A stretch of 64,000 nucleotides of DNA, from contig CBDCWC010000003.1 in assembly GCA_965223295.1 (NCBI GenBank), positions 1,664,001 through 1,728,000 on the forward strand, read 5' to 3'. The stretch is from Nitrospirales bacterium (lineage in GTDB: Bacteria; Nitrospirota; Nitrospiria; Nitrospirales; UBA8639). Below, one piece after another: positions 29,637-40,000 of the stretch; the first letter of the stretch is position 1, and every line of letters starts with the position of its first letter. Below the pieces are notes generated by a model. It was not told the origin of the DNA and searched no databases. It worked only from the letters and a program-made list of their open reading frames with translations. Position numbers and translations under genes: made by a program.

Positions 29637-29980
29637 TTCAACATTTGAGAATGAGTTTTTTCATGCCCCCAGAGAAGCGGTCCTTACGTAGGGAGGAGCG
29701 TCCAATTTTTTAACCCACCCCCCTGCAAAGTATTCTGACCCCCACCCCCTCACATTTCCTACGTACAACAGGAGCATGTAGCCAGTGTCAGATAGGTGTC
29801 AGAAAGAGGTCGCAAGGCAGGAGAACAGAGGTAAAAAGAAACCAAGAGAAGAAAAAGCCTGAAGCAGTGTTTAGGCAGGAAGGGCAAGGGGATTGCCAGC
29901 CTTATCAAAGACTTGAGCAACCCCCTGCCGATTGATTCGTAAACCGTAGGTCGGTGGTTCAATCCCACTCGCCGGCTCCA
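29637..29980. repeat. 344-bp right-end arm of element 1 (attR arm + core), repeated at 38039-38382
   Basis: Colinear, highly similar copy; tandem GTGTCA (29785, 29796) and IHF consensus TATCAAAGACTTG (29903-29915). Confidence 0.9.
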
Positions 29981-30030
29981 TTAAATCAATGGTTTACGAT
30001 TTTTGAAGACGCTGAAGAAACGGTAGGTGT
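29936..30030 (+). repeat. 95-bp direct repeat of 20330-20424 (tRNA 3' half plus the last 45 nt of int)
   Basis: Identical by eye from TTCGTAAACCG to GGTAGGTGT. Confidence 0.92.
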
Positions 30031-30063
30031 TATTAATTTTGTATTAATTAACTAGCATTTGCC

Positions 30064-31290
30064 CTATTGCGGAGCATGGCGACTTGCTTGCGTCACAGTA
30101 AGATCATTTAATACTAGAGGGATGGCATCAAATCCTGGCATTTCCGTTGAAACATCTAACCTGACACCGTTTCCAGCCAAGAAGACGTTTGACACATCAG
30201 GTCCAAAAACTACTCCGAACACATCACCCTGAGTCCCTGCTTCGGGAGATTTAAAAACATTCCCTTCAAGAATGACATCATTAACTTTCTCTAGATAAAT
30301 ACCATTCTGCCCTGTCCTTCCCATGCCCGTAAAATAACTGTCTCGAATCGTAACGCTTTGAGTCAAACTGGTTGACGGCGAAGCAGCTAGTCCCACGATT
30401 TTTATATGTTCAGCTTGATTGTCTTCCGCACGGTTACTGGCATATGTTAACCCCTGAATAGCTTTTGATAAGACCAGTAATGCATGAATGCTAGCATCCA
30501 ATCGCGAATTGGCCACAGTAAAGCCACTAATGCTTTGAATTCCTAAGGAAACGCAGGCGAACGTACCTGTGCAGTCCAAACCATCAATCGTAGTAATTGT
30601 AGAATTGACCTCGACTCCGTGAGATTTCAAAGAATTGCCACGAAGGCGGAGGTCCCGAAGTGTTGTGGAATGAGCGGTTTCAGCAGTGGAAATAGTAGGG
30701 CCATGGCCCACTTTGATCAACGGACCCTCTGCCAGGTGGTAGTTATTCTGGACAAATAGTCTAGAGAGTACCGTCTTCTGACCAGCAGCAATCAAATCTA
30801 CAGCGGTAGAATCAGTATTGTTAAGATCAAAAGAAACATCTGTGATATACACGTATTGATATATAGATAACACGCCGTCTTCTGCCCGCATATCAGCCGA
30901 AAAGACGCTCATATTGGTTGTTGGCTTCAACACGGTTCCAAGTCCCTGCCCAACGATTTTTAAGCTTCCTTCTCGACGGTTGGGTTTATACCGTTGTGGA
31001 GCAGAAATATTGTATATGGCATGACCAAGAATTAGCGTGACATTCTTGTTTGTGCCCTCAAAAATGTTCCTGTCGATGACCTGAGTACCACTTAACCCTC
31101 TCGCGTCACATGTGCCCCCAGTCTCTGGAAGGGCCGCAAAGCATTTGACAATTTTTACTCCAGCATTAGGGCCTCGATAACGATGGACTTGTTTGATACC
31201 CAGGGGTTCTGCAGCCAAACTAGTAGAAATCCCAGTTGCAAGCCATATCGACAAAGTACCAACAATCAACAAATTCGTGCATTTGGTCAT
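30064..31290 (-). CDS. Secreted right-handed beta-helix (pectin lyase-like) protein
   Basis: Signal peptide; LKIVGQGLGTVL, VTIRDSYF, GIYL..VNDVILEGNVF repeats. Confidence 0.7.
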   Translation of the reverse strand: MTKCTNLLIVGTLSIWLATGISTSLAAEPLGIKQVHRYRGPNAGVKIVKCFAALPETGGTCDARGLSGTQVIDRNIFEGTNKNVTLILGHAIYNISAPQRYKPNRREGSLKIVGQGLGTVLKPTTNMSVFSADMRAEDGVLSIYQYVYITDVSFDLNNTDSTAVDLIAAGQKTVLSRLFVQNNYHLAEGPLIKVGHGPTISTAETAHSTTLRDLRLRGNSLKSHGVEVNSTITTIDGLDCTGTFACVSLGIQSISGFTVANSRLDASIHALLVLSKAIQGLTYASNRAEDNQAEHIKIVGLAASPSTSLTQSVTIRDSYFTGMGRTGQNGIYLEKVNDVILEGNVFKSPEAGTQGDVFGVVFGPDVSNVFLAGNGVRLDVSTEMPGFDAIPLVLNDLTVTQASRHAPQ

Positions 31291-32109
31291 TGTGAAAATT
31301 GCCCTTTCCTAAAAATTAGTGGTGCAGTTAGGAAGATATTCGAGAAGGACATATCTTGTTGTTCTTAAATGTCATGAAGGTTTGCGAGAAAAACAATCAA
31401 CCCTTGATTCGCCTTGACTCAACCCAGAAATCATAAGGTACATAGATTAGCCTAAACGATATCAATTTTTACCTTCAGAAGTGGCATGATCTTTTGGTTT
31501 TTTTCTCATCGCAGCCCCATAAATCTGTTCCCATAAATACACAATATAAAAGCACAAAGATCGAATTAGATCAACATACTTCAGACCCATAAACGCGATG
31601 GGTCATCTTGTTGGAACGAAATGAAGAATTGAAAACGGAGGGGAATTGACTGTTTGAGGTTGTGATCCGTCACTCGTCTGGGGCGATACACTCAGCACTT
31701 TCATTGCCAGATTTTCCTACATGAACTCTAGCTTTTATTCTCATCACCGCTCTACCATCTTGTTCCATTGAGTATCGCAACTAAAGCACAGGCAATGAAT
31801 AACTTCAAGCCTTTAGAAGCGTGCCAACTAATTGAGAAAGGACCACAATAGTTCAGCCTGTTGTCAGGCGAGAAAGAACATGACTTCAGAGTGGACGACT
31901 CCTATCAGTGAACGAAGGCTGCTCTAGCCTTCTGGGAATGGATTAAGTAGCAAGGGTGCTCAGATACGGTAGCGGGCAGTCTTCGAATTGCCGAGCAGCC
32001 AGATGCCTTATCCTTTTTCTTTCTTGGACGCATTCAATCAAACTACCACAGTGTTCTTGACGAAATTATTGTAATCTTTCACAATAGTCTCATCTTTTCC
32101 GAGAACCTT

Positions 32110-33708
32110 GTGGCTACATCTTTGACTCTTTCCTTCTTCATTGCTCTTTTCATCCTCCTTTCTCCTTGGAGTAACTCTTTCACTTTTGCCCAAACCATCG
32201 AAGAGTTAAAAGCGGGTGTGGTGAAAATCACCTCTCGGGTGGGAGGACAGGAACGAGTTGGTACAGGGTTTATTGTCAAATTAGAGGAGGATGTAGCTTA
32301 TATTGTGACCGCATCGCATGTCGTGGAAGGTGATGCTGAACCTCTCGTCACGTTTTATCCGAAACCCACGCAATCTTTTGCAAGTCGCATTCTTGGGCTA
32401 GAAGGTGCCAACCCTCAGGGGCTCGCGGCCCTTATTGTGGAGGACAATCTTCCAAACAATGTAAAAAGTTTAACGCTTGATAAAACCGTTGATTTTGCAG
32501 GCACTGAAGAAATTATCGTAATTGGCTTTCCACGATTAGCTGGAAGTGCATGGATGGTGACAAGGGCCACACTAGGTGGAAAAAAAGGAAGTACTCTAAC
32601 CTTCACAGGCTCAGTCAATGAGGGCAATTCAGGCGGCCCCTTGTTGCTCACAGGCAAAGTGGTGGGTGTCATCACCGAAAGTCAGGGCAGTTTTGGCCAC
32701 GCTATTCCAAGCATGATGGCTCAATTTGCCCTTGAAGGATGGGGAGTCAACGTCAGGAAACACAACTCAATATTGGCAAAGAAAGCAGGGGGACAGACAA
32801 ACAGCCCCTTAAAGCCTTCTCCTTGTGCAGGTGCAGGCGGTGAAGCAGCAGTCCAAGCCTTCGCGTTAGCGTTCACCGATGCGAGTTCCTTGGCTCATTT
32901 CGTCCAAGATAAGGCTCACTTATTTAGCAAAAAAGGTAATGCTGTTGAATGCCTTCATCTTCTAACTTCTCATTTACAATCAGAAAGAACAATTGTGACC
33001 CAAGGTAGAGAGAGATCAGTGCCCGAGCAACCTGCATCGACTTTTCAACCCAACCGTGTCCAGGCACGAAAAGAAAGTCCGAGCCTTAAAACGAATGACC
33101 TGAAAACTTCCTTAGGTTCTCCATCGCAGTCGACGAAGATCCTCGACATAGAGATAAAAGAGGAAGCTGAAAAAAGACGGATTTTAGAAGAGGAACTTCA
33201 CAAGAGAGAAAAAGAGATGGACGAATTAAAGCAAAAGATAGCCGAACTTCAAAGGGAACGTGGTTCGAGAATGTTATACGCCCCAGTGGCAGAACTTCCA
33301 CTACGCCAACCTCCAGAATCTAAAGTAGAAAGGACGGGAGGAAAAGTAGGAGGAGGGAAAAAAGCAGTAACTATTGATCCTGCAGTAGCGGCAGCTAGAG
33401 CGGCAAGAGAAAGAATGAGTTTATCCAGAACCTACAATCTCGCTACGCAAAAATTTCCCCCTTCTACCCCTTTGTCTCTGTTATTCTCAGACCCACGGCT
33501 GGGGAAAGAATTGGCTTCGACATTGCCCGCTTTGGCAGACGGAGATTCTTCTGTTTTCCTAGCTTCATCGTTTAGCCAGAAAGCAGATAAGATTGTTGCG
33601 CCAATAGGAGATGTTGATTCTTCTATATTCCAACAAAAAACTCTCATACGAGAAATTGAAGATACTGTTCGCCCAATAATTAAACAAATTGCTACCGAGA
33701 AACAATAA
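32110..33708 (+). CDS. Secreted trypsin-like serine protease domain fused to a coiled coil and unknown C-terminus
   Basis: Signal peptide, GTGFIV, TASHVV, GNSGGP; coiled coil EEELHKREKEMDELKQKIAEL. Confidence 0.82.
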   Translation: MATSLTLSFFIALFILLSPWSNSFTFAQTIEELKAGVVKITSRVGGQERVGTGFIVKLEEDVAYIVTASHVVEGDAEPLVTFYPKPTQSFASRILGLEGANPQGLAALIVEDNLPNNVKSLTLDKTVDFAGTEEIIVIGFPRLAGSAWMVTRATLGGKKGSTLTFTGSVNEGNSGGPLLLTGKVVGVITESQGSFGHAIPSMMAQFALEGWGVNVRKHNSILAKKAGGQTNSPLKPSPCAGAGGEAAVQAFALAFTDASSLAHFVQDKAHLFSKKGNAVECLHLLTSHLQSERTIVTQGRERSVPEQPASTFQPNRVQARKESPSLKTNDLKTSLGSPSQSTKILDIEIKEEAEKRRILEEELHKREKEMDELKQKIAELQRERGSRMLYAPVAELPLRQPPESKVERTGGKVGGGKKAVTIDPAVAAARAARERMSLSRTYNLATQKFPPSTPLSLLFSDPRLGKELASTLPALADGDSSVFLASSFSQKADKIVAPIGDVDSSIFQQKTLIREIEDTVRPIIKQIATEKQ

Positions 33709-33709
33709 A

Positions 33710-34125
33710 TTCCCTCTTCAATCACATGATCGCCTTTGATCTCTTGCTCATCGATTAACCAGACATCTTCCACCTTCTTGAGTGCATACGTTTCTACCTG
33801 CCGCACCTCTCCAATCACGAGATAGAGTCTAGGCTCAATCGTCACTAAAGCCTTCTCCCCCTACGTGCTCTCCTCTATCATCTTCCCTTCCAAATACTTG
33901 AACTGCAAATCCTTCATCAGAAAGCCATTCTTCTCAAACCAATCTTGAGACGACACTCCATCTCTCAAGTTCGCTGTGGTCAGGGTCGCAGCTTTGACTA
34001 AGTCTTTGGGGTACAGTGCAACCATGGGAAAATAACTTCCGTGGGCGTGAGGAGTTGCTGGGCCGGTATGGAACGGTTGTGAAAAACACAATCCCCAGGA
34101 CAAAGAACAGAGCAGCTTGCTTCAT
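33710..34125 (-). pseudogene. Disrupted exported protein (frameshift plus in-frame TAG at 33861)
   Basis: Signal-like start MKQAALFFVLG with GAGG RBS continues in another frame (...KMIEEST*GEKALVTIEP..YALKKVEDVWLIDE), NTF2-like ending. Confidence 0.4.
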
Positions 34126-34300
34126 GGGCAGTTCCTCATTTAGAAAAGCACCTCGTCATTGCTTTTTTACATTGGGTAAGAATGGAAAGAGCAATTGCTC
34201 AGGAGAAGGGGGGCTTATGGACAATTTATGGCTAAGGTGCATTCGGAATCTTGGGCTTCCTGTACAGAGTCGGTGAAATACGGGGCAAGAGATAGGGGAT

Positions 34301-34504
34301 TTAACTGCTCGCACGCTTTTTAAACACCAGCCAGACCAGGATGCCTCCCACGATCACTCCCGCAAGGGAAAAGACTGCGATGGGAAGGTTGAGAGTGCCA
34401 GGGGCTTGCAGATTCTCTAAGCCCATATAGCCACCCAGAAGAAGCAAAAGAGCACCCACGAAGAGGCCGATGGCCTGTAGGAGAATGGAGAAAATGTTTT
34501 TCAC
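34301..34504 (-). CDS. Small two-TM membrane protein
   Basis: 67 aa, two hydrophobic helices, basic tail. Confidence 0.6.
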   Translation of the reverse strand: MKNIFSILLQAIGLFVGALLLLLGGYMGLENLQAPGTLNLPIAVFSLAGVIVGGILVWLVFKKRASS

Positions 34505-34685
34505 ACTATATCGACCACCTGAAATATCACAATTCCTCTTAAACCCTCTTTGTCCTACTGCATGACAGATCAGATGAGGATGTGCGGTTCACATTCCGTA
34601 GTAGATCTAGCCTGAGTGGCGTGCCCCCTTTAAACGGCTCCGAGGCCTATGTTACAGGCTAGGGCATATAAAAAAGGAGGGTATC

Positions 34686-34964
34686 ATGGCACGTGTGAAG
34701 TACTCGGTTGAACAAATCATTCACAAACTGCGGGAAGCGGAGGTCCTGTTGGGGCAAGGGCAGACCGTCAAAGACATTTGTCGGAAGTGGAATATCACCG
34801 ATCCCACCTACTATCGGTGGCGGCAGGAATATGGTGGACTGAAGCTTGATCAGGCGAAACGACTCAAAGACTTGGAGCGCGAGAATGCCCGCTTGAAGCG
34901 AGCCGTGGCAGATCTCACCCTGGATAAATTGATTCTGAAGGAAGCAGCTGAGGGAAACTTCTAA
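34686..34964 (+). CDS. IS3 transposase OrfA
   Basis: [37 protein letters not shown]. Confidence 0.9.
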   Translation: MARVKYSVEQIIHKLREAEVLLGQGQTVKDICRKWNITDPTYYRWRQEYGGLKLDQAKRLKDLERENARLKRAVADLTLDKLILKEAAEGNF

Positions 34965-35014
34965 GCCCCACCCGACGCCGCCGAGCCGTTCACACCATTG
35001 GGCAACGACTGAGG

Positions 35015-35797
35015 GTGGCGGAACGGCGGACGTGCCAGGTGCTGGGGCAACCTCGATCGACACAGCGGTATCAGGCTCAGGTCCGAGGGGACGAAGAAGC
35101 GTTAACTAAAACGATTGTGCGGCTGGCTCGAAAGTATGGGCGCTATGGCTACCGACGCATCACCGCGTTGGTTCGAGTCGAGGGCTGGCACGTGAATCAT
35201 AAACGCGTGGAACGGATTTGGCGGCGGGAAGGCTTAAAAGTGCCGAAGAAGCAACCCAAACGGGGGCGACTCTGGATCAACAAGGACTCCTGTGTGCGGC
35301 TCCAGCCTCAACATCCAAATCATGTCTGGGCCTACGATTTTGTGGCCACGCGGACCCATGATGGTCGCCCGGTACGCTTGCTGACCATTGTCGATGAATA
35401 TACCCGAGAATGTTTGGCTATTGAGGTCGCTCGGCATCTTCGAGCCGATGATGTGCTACATCGGCTGGCTGAGCTGTTTCTGCAGCACGGTTGTCCGGGA
35501 TATATTCGTTCGGATAACGGCCCAGAATTTACCGCGAAGGCTGTTCGACAATGGCTCGCCCAGCTAGGGGTCGGCACCTTGTTTATCGAACCAGGCAGCC
35601 CCTGGGAGAATGGCTATAATGAGAGTTTGAATGGCAAACTGCGGGATGAGCTCTTGAACGGGGAAATCTTCTATACGCTCCGGGAAGCGCAAGTGCTCAT
35701 CGAATGGTGGCGGCAACACTATAAGCAGGTGCGTCCCCATAGCGCTTTAGGATACAAACCACCAACCCCTGAGGCATTAATTCCAAAATGCGCTTAA
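35015..35797 (+). CDS. IS3 transposase OrfB (DDE), normally reached by -1 frameshift
   Basis: [34 protein letters not shown]. Confidence 0.92.
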   Translation: MAERRTCQVLGQPRSTQRYQAQVRGDEEALTKTIVRLARKYGRYGYRRITALVRVEGWHVNHKRVERIWRREGLKVPKKQPKRGRLWINKDSCVRLQPQHPNHVWAYDFVATRTHDGRPVRLLTIVDEYTRECLAIEVARHLRADDVLHRLAELFLQHGCPGYIRSDNGPEFTAKAVRQWLAQLGVGTLFIEPGSPWENGYNESLNGKLRDELLNGEIFYTLREAQVLIEWWRQHYKQVRPHSALGYKPPTPEALIPKCA

Positions 35798-35833
35798 AGC
35801 TGCATGCACACTGGAACAATCACTGGGGGCACG

Positions 35834-36298
35834 TCACTTCAGTAAATCAAGATCGTTATGCACCAAATGAATATCGAAATCTACTATATTCTGGATTTGA
35901 TTGAGATAATGCCTGCCCTCTATAGCTAGGGCCTTCAAAGAACGATGATCTTTGTTGTAAACATTCTCATTAATGACAACAATTACACTGATCGTCGCTC
36001 CCACGATAATCGTCAAATTTCGTGCTAATGGGCTTGTTTTAGCTTGTAAAAGCCCTGCTAGGACACCCAATAACCCGATGGTTACCGCCAGGCCCAACGT
36101 AACTTTAGCATCCCATTCCCATTCCTGAATCTTTCGGCTTCTCTCATCAATTGTCTTCTTCAGTGTTTGTTCCACTATGGTTTTCAATTCAGGTTTATAG
36201 TTGATATGCGGCTGCTGTTGTGCATCAATTGTGGATGCCAAACCAAACAGCAGTAAACCCACGCTCATCAGAAGGATACCCCTTGCTATTTTTGGCAT
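35834..36298 (-). pseudogene. Signal peptide + two-TM (SLATT-like) protein, 3'-truncated by the IS
   Basis: MPKIARG start with GGAAGGAG RBS; two TM helices; the stop codon lies inside the IS right end. Confidence 0.55.
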
Positions 36299-36743
36299 GG
36301 CTCTCTCCTTCCCACCTTCATGCAAGCTTTCCCACAAGCGGAGAGTTGCAGGACAGAGTTTTCCAAGTTCGACCGGAGAAGAGATGCAGGTGACTTCCTG
36401 CATGACCCCGTACACTCGTACTACTGCTGTTCGTCACAGCGGTGCTTTCTCGCTTACCTGGAAAACTATATGTAAGTTGCGTAAATAAAACAACAGTGAT
36501 TAGGCACATTACAATTGCCGCTTTACTGAAAAGGATCAGTTGAGACTGACGTAAAATCAAGAGGTTAGACCTCTACCACCACCTGTCATTGACGCTTTTA
36601 ATGAGAAAAGACAAGAAAGAACGAACAGAAAACGGATCAGAAACGAGAGGCAATCAGTCGGCCAATGGATTCAGAAACTCGTCCTGAAACTGTGCACCCT
36701 ACAAAATTATTCGAATAAAGGAAAGAAAATCAAAGAAAATCTC

Positions 36744-36926
36744 CTAGGCATTCGCCTCAGGCAACTTGCTCCCCGCTAGCTTCCTCCATTCCAACAATAG
36801 AATGGTAAGGCCTAGAAGCTCATTGGCATGATTGGCAGAAAGGCCATGCTGAACAATGATTTCCATGAGCCGATCAATAACCACATTCTCTTAAGCGGTG
36901 AATGCCTCAGAAGATGAGCAGGACAT
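36744..36926 (-). pseudogene. Inactivated paralog of the 60-aa protein at 27071
   Basis: Same 183-nt length; codon 12 is TAA (36891-36893) where the paralog has CAA. Confidence 0.7.
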
Positions 36927-37406
36927 GGGTTCCCCTCCTACCTGATGTTGGAAACTCCCCATTCGAAGGATAGCCGTGAATCTAAGAATTTGCGAGAATG
37001 CGTGGGTATAGTTGTCTTCTTAATAATCCCGGCCTCTGGGGGAAATGTTCCTTCAGGGGCCGTGGTGTTTCTAGTCAAACTCGTACAACAACTCCACACC
37101 CCATGATTGGGAGACGCATGACGTTTCATTCTGCATTCTAAGATTCAGTCAGACGATTCGAAGAATTTCAAATTAATTCGACCGTTCCAACAATTGGATA
37201 CCATTTTAAACCCATTCAGATACATCTTTGGTCATCGACGAGATTGTCCTCCTCCCTCTTCTCTCCAGTTTCTTTCAATAAAATCAATCAGTTTGATTCA
37301 TGACGCTTCGAAGGCTCGAGATGAGTAGGAAAATGGTCTGCCAATTGCTTTCTCAAAGCTTCAGCATTCACCACCAAAGCCTCTATTTAAAGAAAGGACG
37401 AAAGCC

Positions 37407-37619
37407 ATGGATGCTAACACACTTCTCAAACTGCCTATCAGTGCGATGGACGAGGCCACACTGGCCGCCACCGATCCTTGTCGATCTAACCGATCTGGGA
37501 ATCTCTTCTGCGGATGGTGTTTACATGATATTCGCTTGGTGTGTCGCACGAAGACGGGCGTCATCTGCGCAGATTGCGGGCAGAATTTAGACGTTACGGC
37601 ACAAGCATTCTTGGATTAA
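37407..37619 (+). CDS. Small putative zinc-finger protein
   Basis: CGWC...CADC; AAAGGA RBS. Confidence 0.5.
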   Translation: MDANTLLKLPISAMDEATLAATDPCRSNRSGNLFCGWCLHDIRLVCRTKTGVICADCGQNLDVTAQAFLD

Positions 37620-37791
37620 CGCTCAGAGAGACTACCCTTTTACCCTTGTGTCGAAAATGCATATGCTTGAGGAACCTGTCTGAGATTTCAGTCGGCCCAA
37701 CCATTTTCCGCTAAGGAACTCCGGTAGCAGAGAGAGTTCGCCGCTCATTCAGACGAAGCCATTAGCGTATCCCGTAGCCTCCCGCAGTTCG

Positions 37792-38025
37792 TTACTCCGG
37801 AAAGATACAGTCGGGGTGATCATTCCTCGGATTGATCACCATAAGACTCACCGGATAGGCTTCCATGTCTTCAGCTTCATACGGTTGAAGAAGTGAATGT
37901 CGTGCCGTTGCATCCTTCATGTCAGGATCGAGTCACGAGGGATAGGTTGATGCTGGAAGAATCACCGGCATGCGATGATGAATCGGTTCCATCAGACTAT
38001 TGGCATGAATAGTAATCAGGCTACT
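37792..38025 (-). pseudogene. SRAP 3' remnant
   Basis: ITIHANSLMEPIHHRMPVILP...*LDP..LLQPYEAEDMEAYPVS; N-terminal half deleted, internal TGA. Confidence 0.85.
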
Positions 38026-38038
38026 TGAGCCAAGACTG

Positions 38039-38382
38039 TTCAACACTTGAAAATGATTTTTTTGATGTCCCCAGAGAAGCCATTCTAATGTAGAAGCGAG
38101 CGTCTGATTTTTTAACCCACCCCCCTGCAAAGTATTCTGACCCCCACCCCCTCACATTTCCTACTTACAACAGAAGAATGTAGCCAGTGTCAGTTAGGTG
38201 TCAGAAAGAGGTCGCAAGGCAGGAGAACAGGGGTAAAAAGAAACTAAGAGAAGAAAAAGCCTGAAGCAGTGTTTAGGCAGGAGGGGCAAGGGGATTGCCA
38301 GTCTTATCAAAGACTTGAGCAACCCCCTGACGATTGATTTGTAAACCGTAGGTCGGTGGTTCAATCCCACTCGCCGGCTCCA
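38039..38382. repeat. Right-end arm of element 2 with distal att core (38341-38382)
   Basis: Copy of 29637-29980; GTGTCA at 38187 and 38198; IHF consensus at 38305-38317; C>T change in the anticodon-loop part of the core. Confidence 0.9.
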
Positions 38383-38507
38383 CAATTTCACTATATTACA
38401 ATTTTTTGAGATTCATGTTCATCAATCTGTTCTTGGTGTTCGGGTTACCTTTTTAAATCTGTTGACGATTTGTAGAGGAAGAGGCTGCGCCAAAAAAACC
38501 AGAACGT

Positions 38508-39179
38508 TTATGTTTCTTTCGGTAAGTTTAGTGACTTGTTGAGAGAACGAGCGGGGGCGATATAGATAGTTTCCGGGTCTACCGGTTTACCGGTAATCAT
38601 GTGCACGATTTCAAAAATAAAATCTTCCTCGGTTGTTCCGCTTTCTTCCTGGTAATGAGTCAATACGGCTTCAGCCATCTTGAGCAGCTCTGTCAGATCA
38701 ATCTTCCAAGCTTCGGACTCTTTGTAAAAATGAAACCGGTACAATGAGGATGTTTCTGGACGGGCAATGGCATTGCCGCTTGCAAAGTCGCCATTGATCC
38801 CAATTTCTCCTAGGCCAAGAGTCTGCATTGAATCGTTCTTTACCCATCCCTGATTCACGGCATATTCAAAAAGGGCCTGTCCATTCATGCCAATGAGGTG
38901 TGTATCAGGGATATTGAGCTGGGCAAGAACGACCTGTATTCTGTCGAATAATCCAAACTCGACGAAGTCTTTTTTCTCCGCATACACGACCTTGTAGCAG
39001 AGCTCATCCCAATACTTCCTCGTTTTTCGGTCGATGAGAGAATAGGCCAGGACGCCCTGATCATCTTGGATCGCTTGCATGTAGGTGTCAAAAGTCTGAT
39101 GAATCCGGCGGGTTTCAGGAGTTGTGCATCCGTAGGCCAGGACTAACAGGATGAGCAAGAGGAACTTTGAGAAATTCAT
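38508..39179 (-). CDS. Hypothetical lipoprotein
   Basis: Lipobox LAYGC; FHFYKESEAWKID (NTF2-like end). Confidence 0.8.
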   Translation of the reverse strand: MNFSKFLLLILLVLAYGCTTPETRRIHQTFDTYMQAIQDDQGVLAYSLIDRKTRKYWDELCYKVVYAEKKDFVEFGLFDRIQVVLAQLNIPDTHLIGMNGQALFEYAVNQGWVKNDSMQTLGLGEIGINGDFASGNAIARPETSSLYRFHFYKESEAWKIDLTELLKMAEAVLTHYQEESGTTEEDFIFEIVHMITGKPVDPETIYIAPARSLNKSLNLPKET

Positions 39180-39571
39180 GTATATAACAGTTGCAGCTTT
39201 CGGTAACGGCTAGAAAATATAAAAGAACGTGGTTGAAAGCGACATTGTAACATCTCCACCTATGATGTCGGTCTTCCCCATTCGAGGGGGTGGAGTAGGT
39301 AGAATCAGGTGATAGAGTTTTTTGATCATATCGATGTCTTTTGAAGTAGAAGGCAGGGGAAACTTTGTGAAGGCTTTGTTCTTTAGATCTCACTCTTGGT
39401 GCAGACTGCAATAGCGATAGACCTGCCAGCATGATTGCTGTGGGAAAATGGTTGATTTAGGATAAAACTCAGGTAAGCTAGGACGAACCGATTGAGATGA
39501 TTCATATATTTTGAAACATCTAAGCGATAATATTTGATTGCGGAATTTATACCTAAGAGGAGGGAGACTCT

Positions 39572-40000
39572 ATGGCTGTAACAAGTGAACTGGATGTCAT
39601 AATGCCGACGCAAAATATGAATACCTCTTTGGGGTCTCAAAAATCGTTTCAAGTCCCGACCCCTGTCCTTCAAGCCAAGAAGGAAGTGGTGGCCTTTTTT
39701 GGTGTTGGTGTAGAATGTATTGGGGAAATTTGGTATGAGGGAAATGTGCAAATAGACGGACGGTTAGAAGGCACGGTCCATACGAAAGGGACGTTAGTCA
39801 TTGGAGATCGGGCTGTGGTTAAGGCAAAGATTGAGGCAGGGGCAGTGATTTGTAAAGGGAATGTTCAGGGAGATGTGGTGGCCAATGAATCGATCAAATT
39901 GCTGGCTCCGGGTTTGATTGATGGAACAATGCGTGCTCCCCGGCTCTCAGTAGAAACGGGAGGGGTCTTTAATGGGCGTGTAAGTATGGGGTCTTCTTAA
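39572..40000 (+). CDS. Bactofilin (polymer-forming cytoskeletal protein)
   Basis: VQIDGRLEGTV, LVIGDRAVVKAKI, L.VE.GGVFNG. Confidence 0.9.
   Translation: MAVTSELDVIMPTQNMNTSLGSQKSFQVPTPVLQAKKEVVAFFGVGVECIGEIWYEGNVQIDGRLEGTVHTKGTLVIGDRAVVKAKIEAGAVICKGNVQGDVVANESIKLLAPGLIDGTMRAPRLSVETGGVFNGRVSMGSS

Larger units (their letters stand above)
34617..35836 (+). mobile_element. Complete IS3-family element (IS407-like)
   Basis: IRL TGGCGTGCCCCC / IRR GGGGGCACGTCA; slippery heptamer G-GGA-AAC at 34952-34958; no target duplication. Confidence 0.92.
29936..38382. mobile_element. Integrative element 2, degenerate relative of element 1 without integrase
   Basis: Bounded by att cores; shares the int 3' stub, the 60-aa ORF with its leader, a SRAP remnant and the 344-bp arm. 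Confidence 0.8.

Noticed and set aside
29759-29968. Paralogous small ORFs 29759-29968 and 38194-38391
   Set aside because: Antisense readings of the tRNA-derived core and att arm; the similarity is explained by the DNA repeat
29936-29980. Additional tRNA-Thr genes here and at 38341-38382
   Set aside because: Only the 3' half is present (no D arm or 5' acceptor strand); these are att duplications
31290-32110. 800-bp intergenic gap as a hidden gene or riboswitch
   Set aside because: Only short isolated hairpins (e.g. GACCCAT..ATGGGTC); no motif or coding remnant I can support
33861-33863. Pyrrolysine/selenocysteine read-through at this TAG and at the TGA near 37933
   Set aside because: Both genes have other lesions (frameshift or deletion), and the TGA replaces a Trp codon of the paralog; ordinary decay is simpler
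27463-35836. Composite transposon bounded by the two IS3 elements
   Set aside because: The elements have different IRs and divergent transposases, no shared flanking duplication, and an att junction lies between them
20380-38382. Prophage or conjugative element
   Set aside because: No capsid, terminase, tail, relaxase or T4SS genes were recognised
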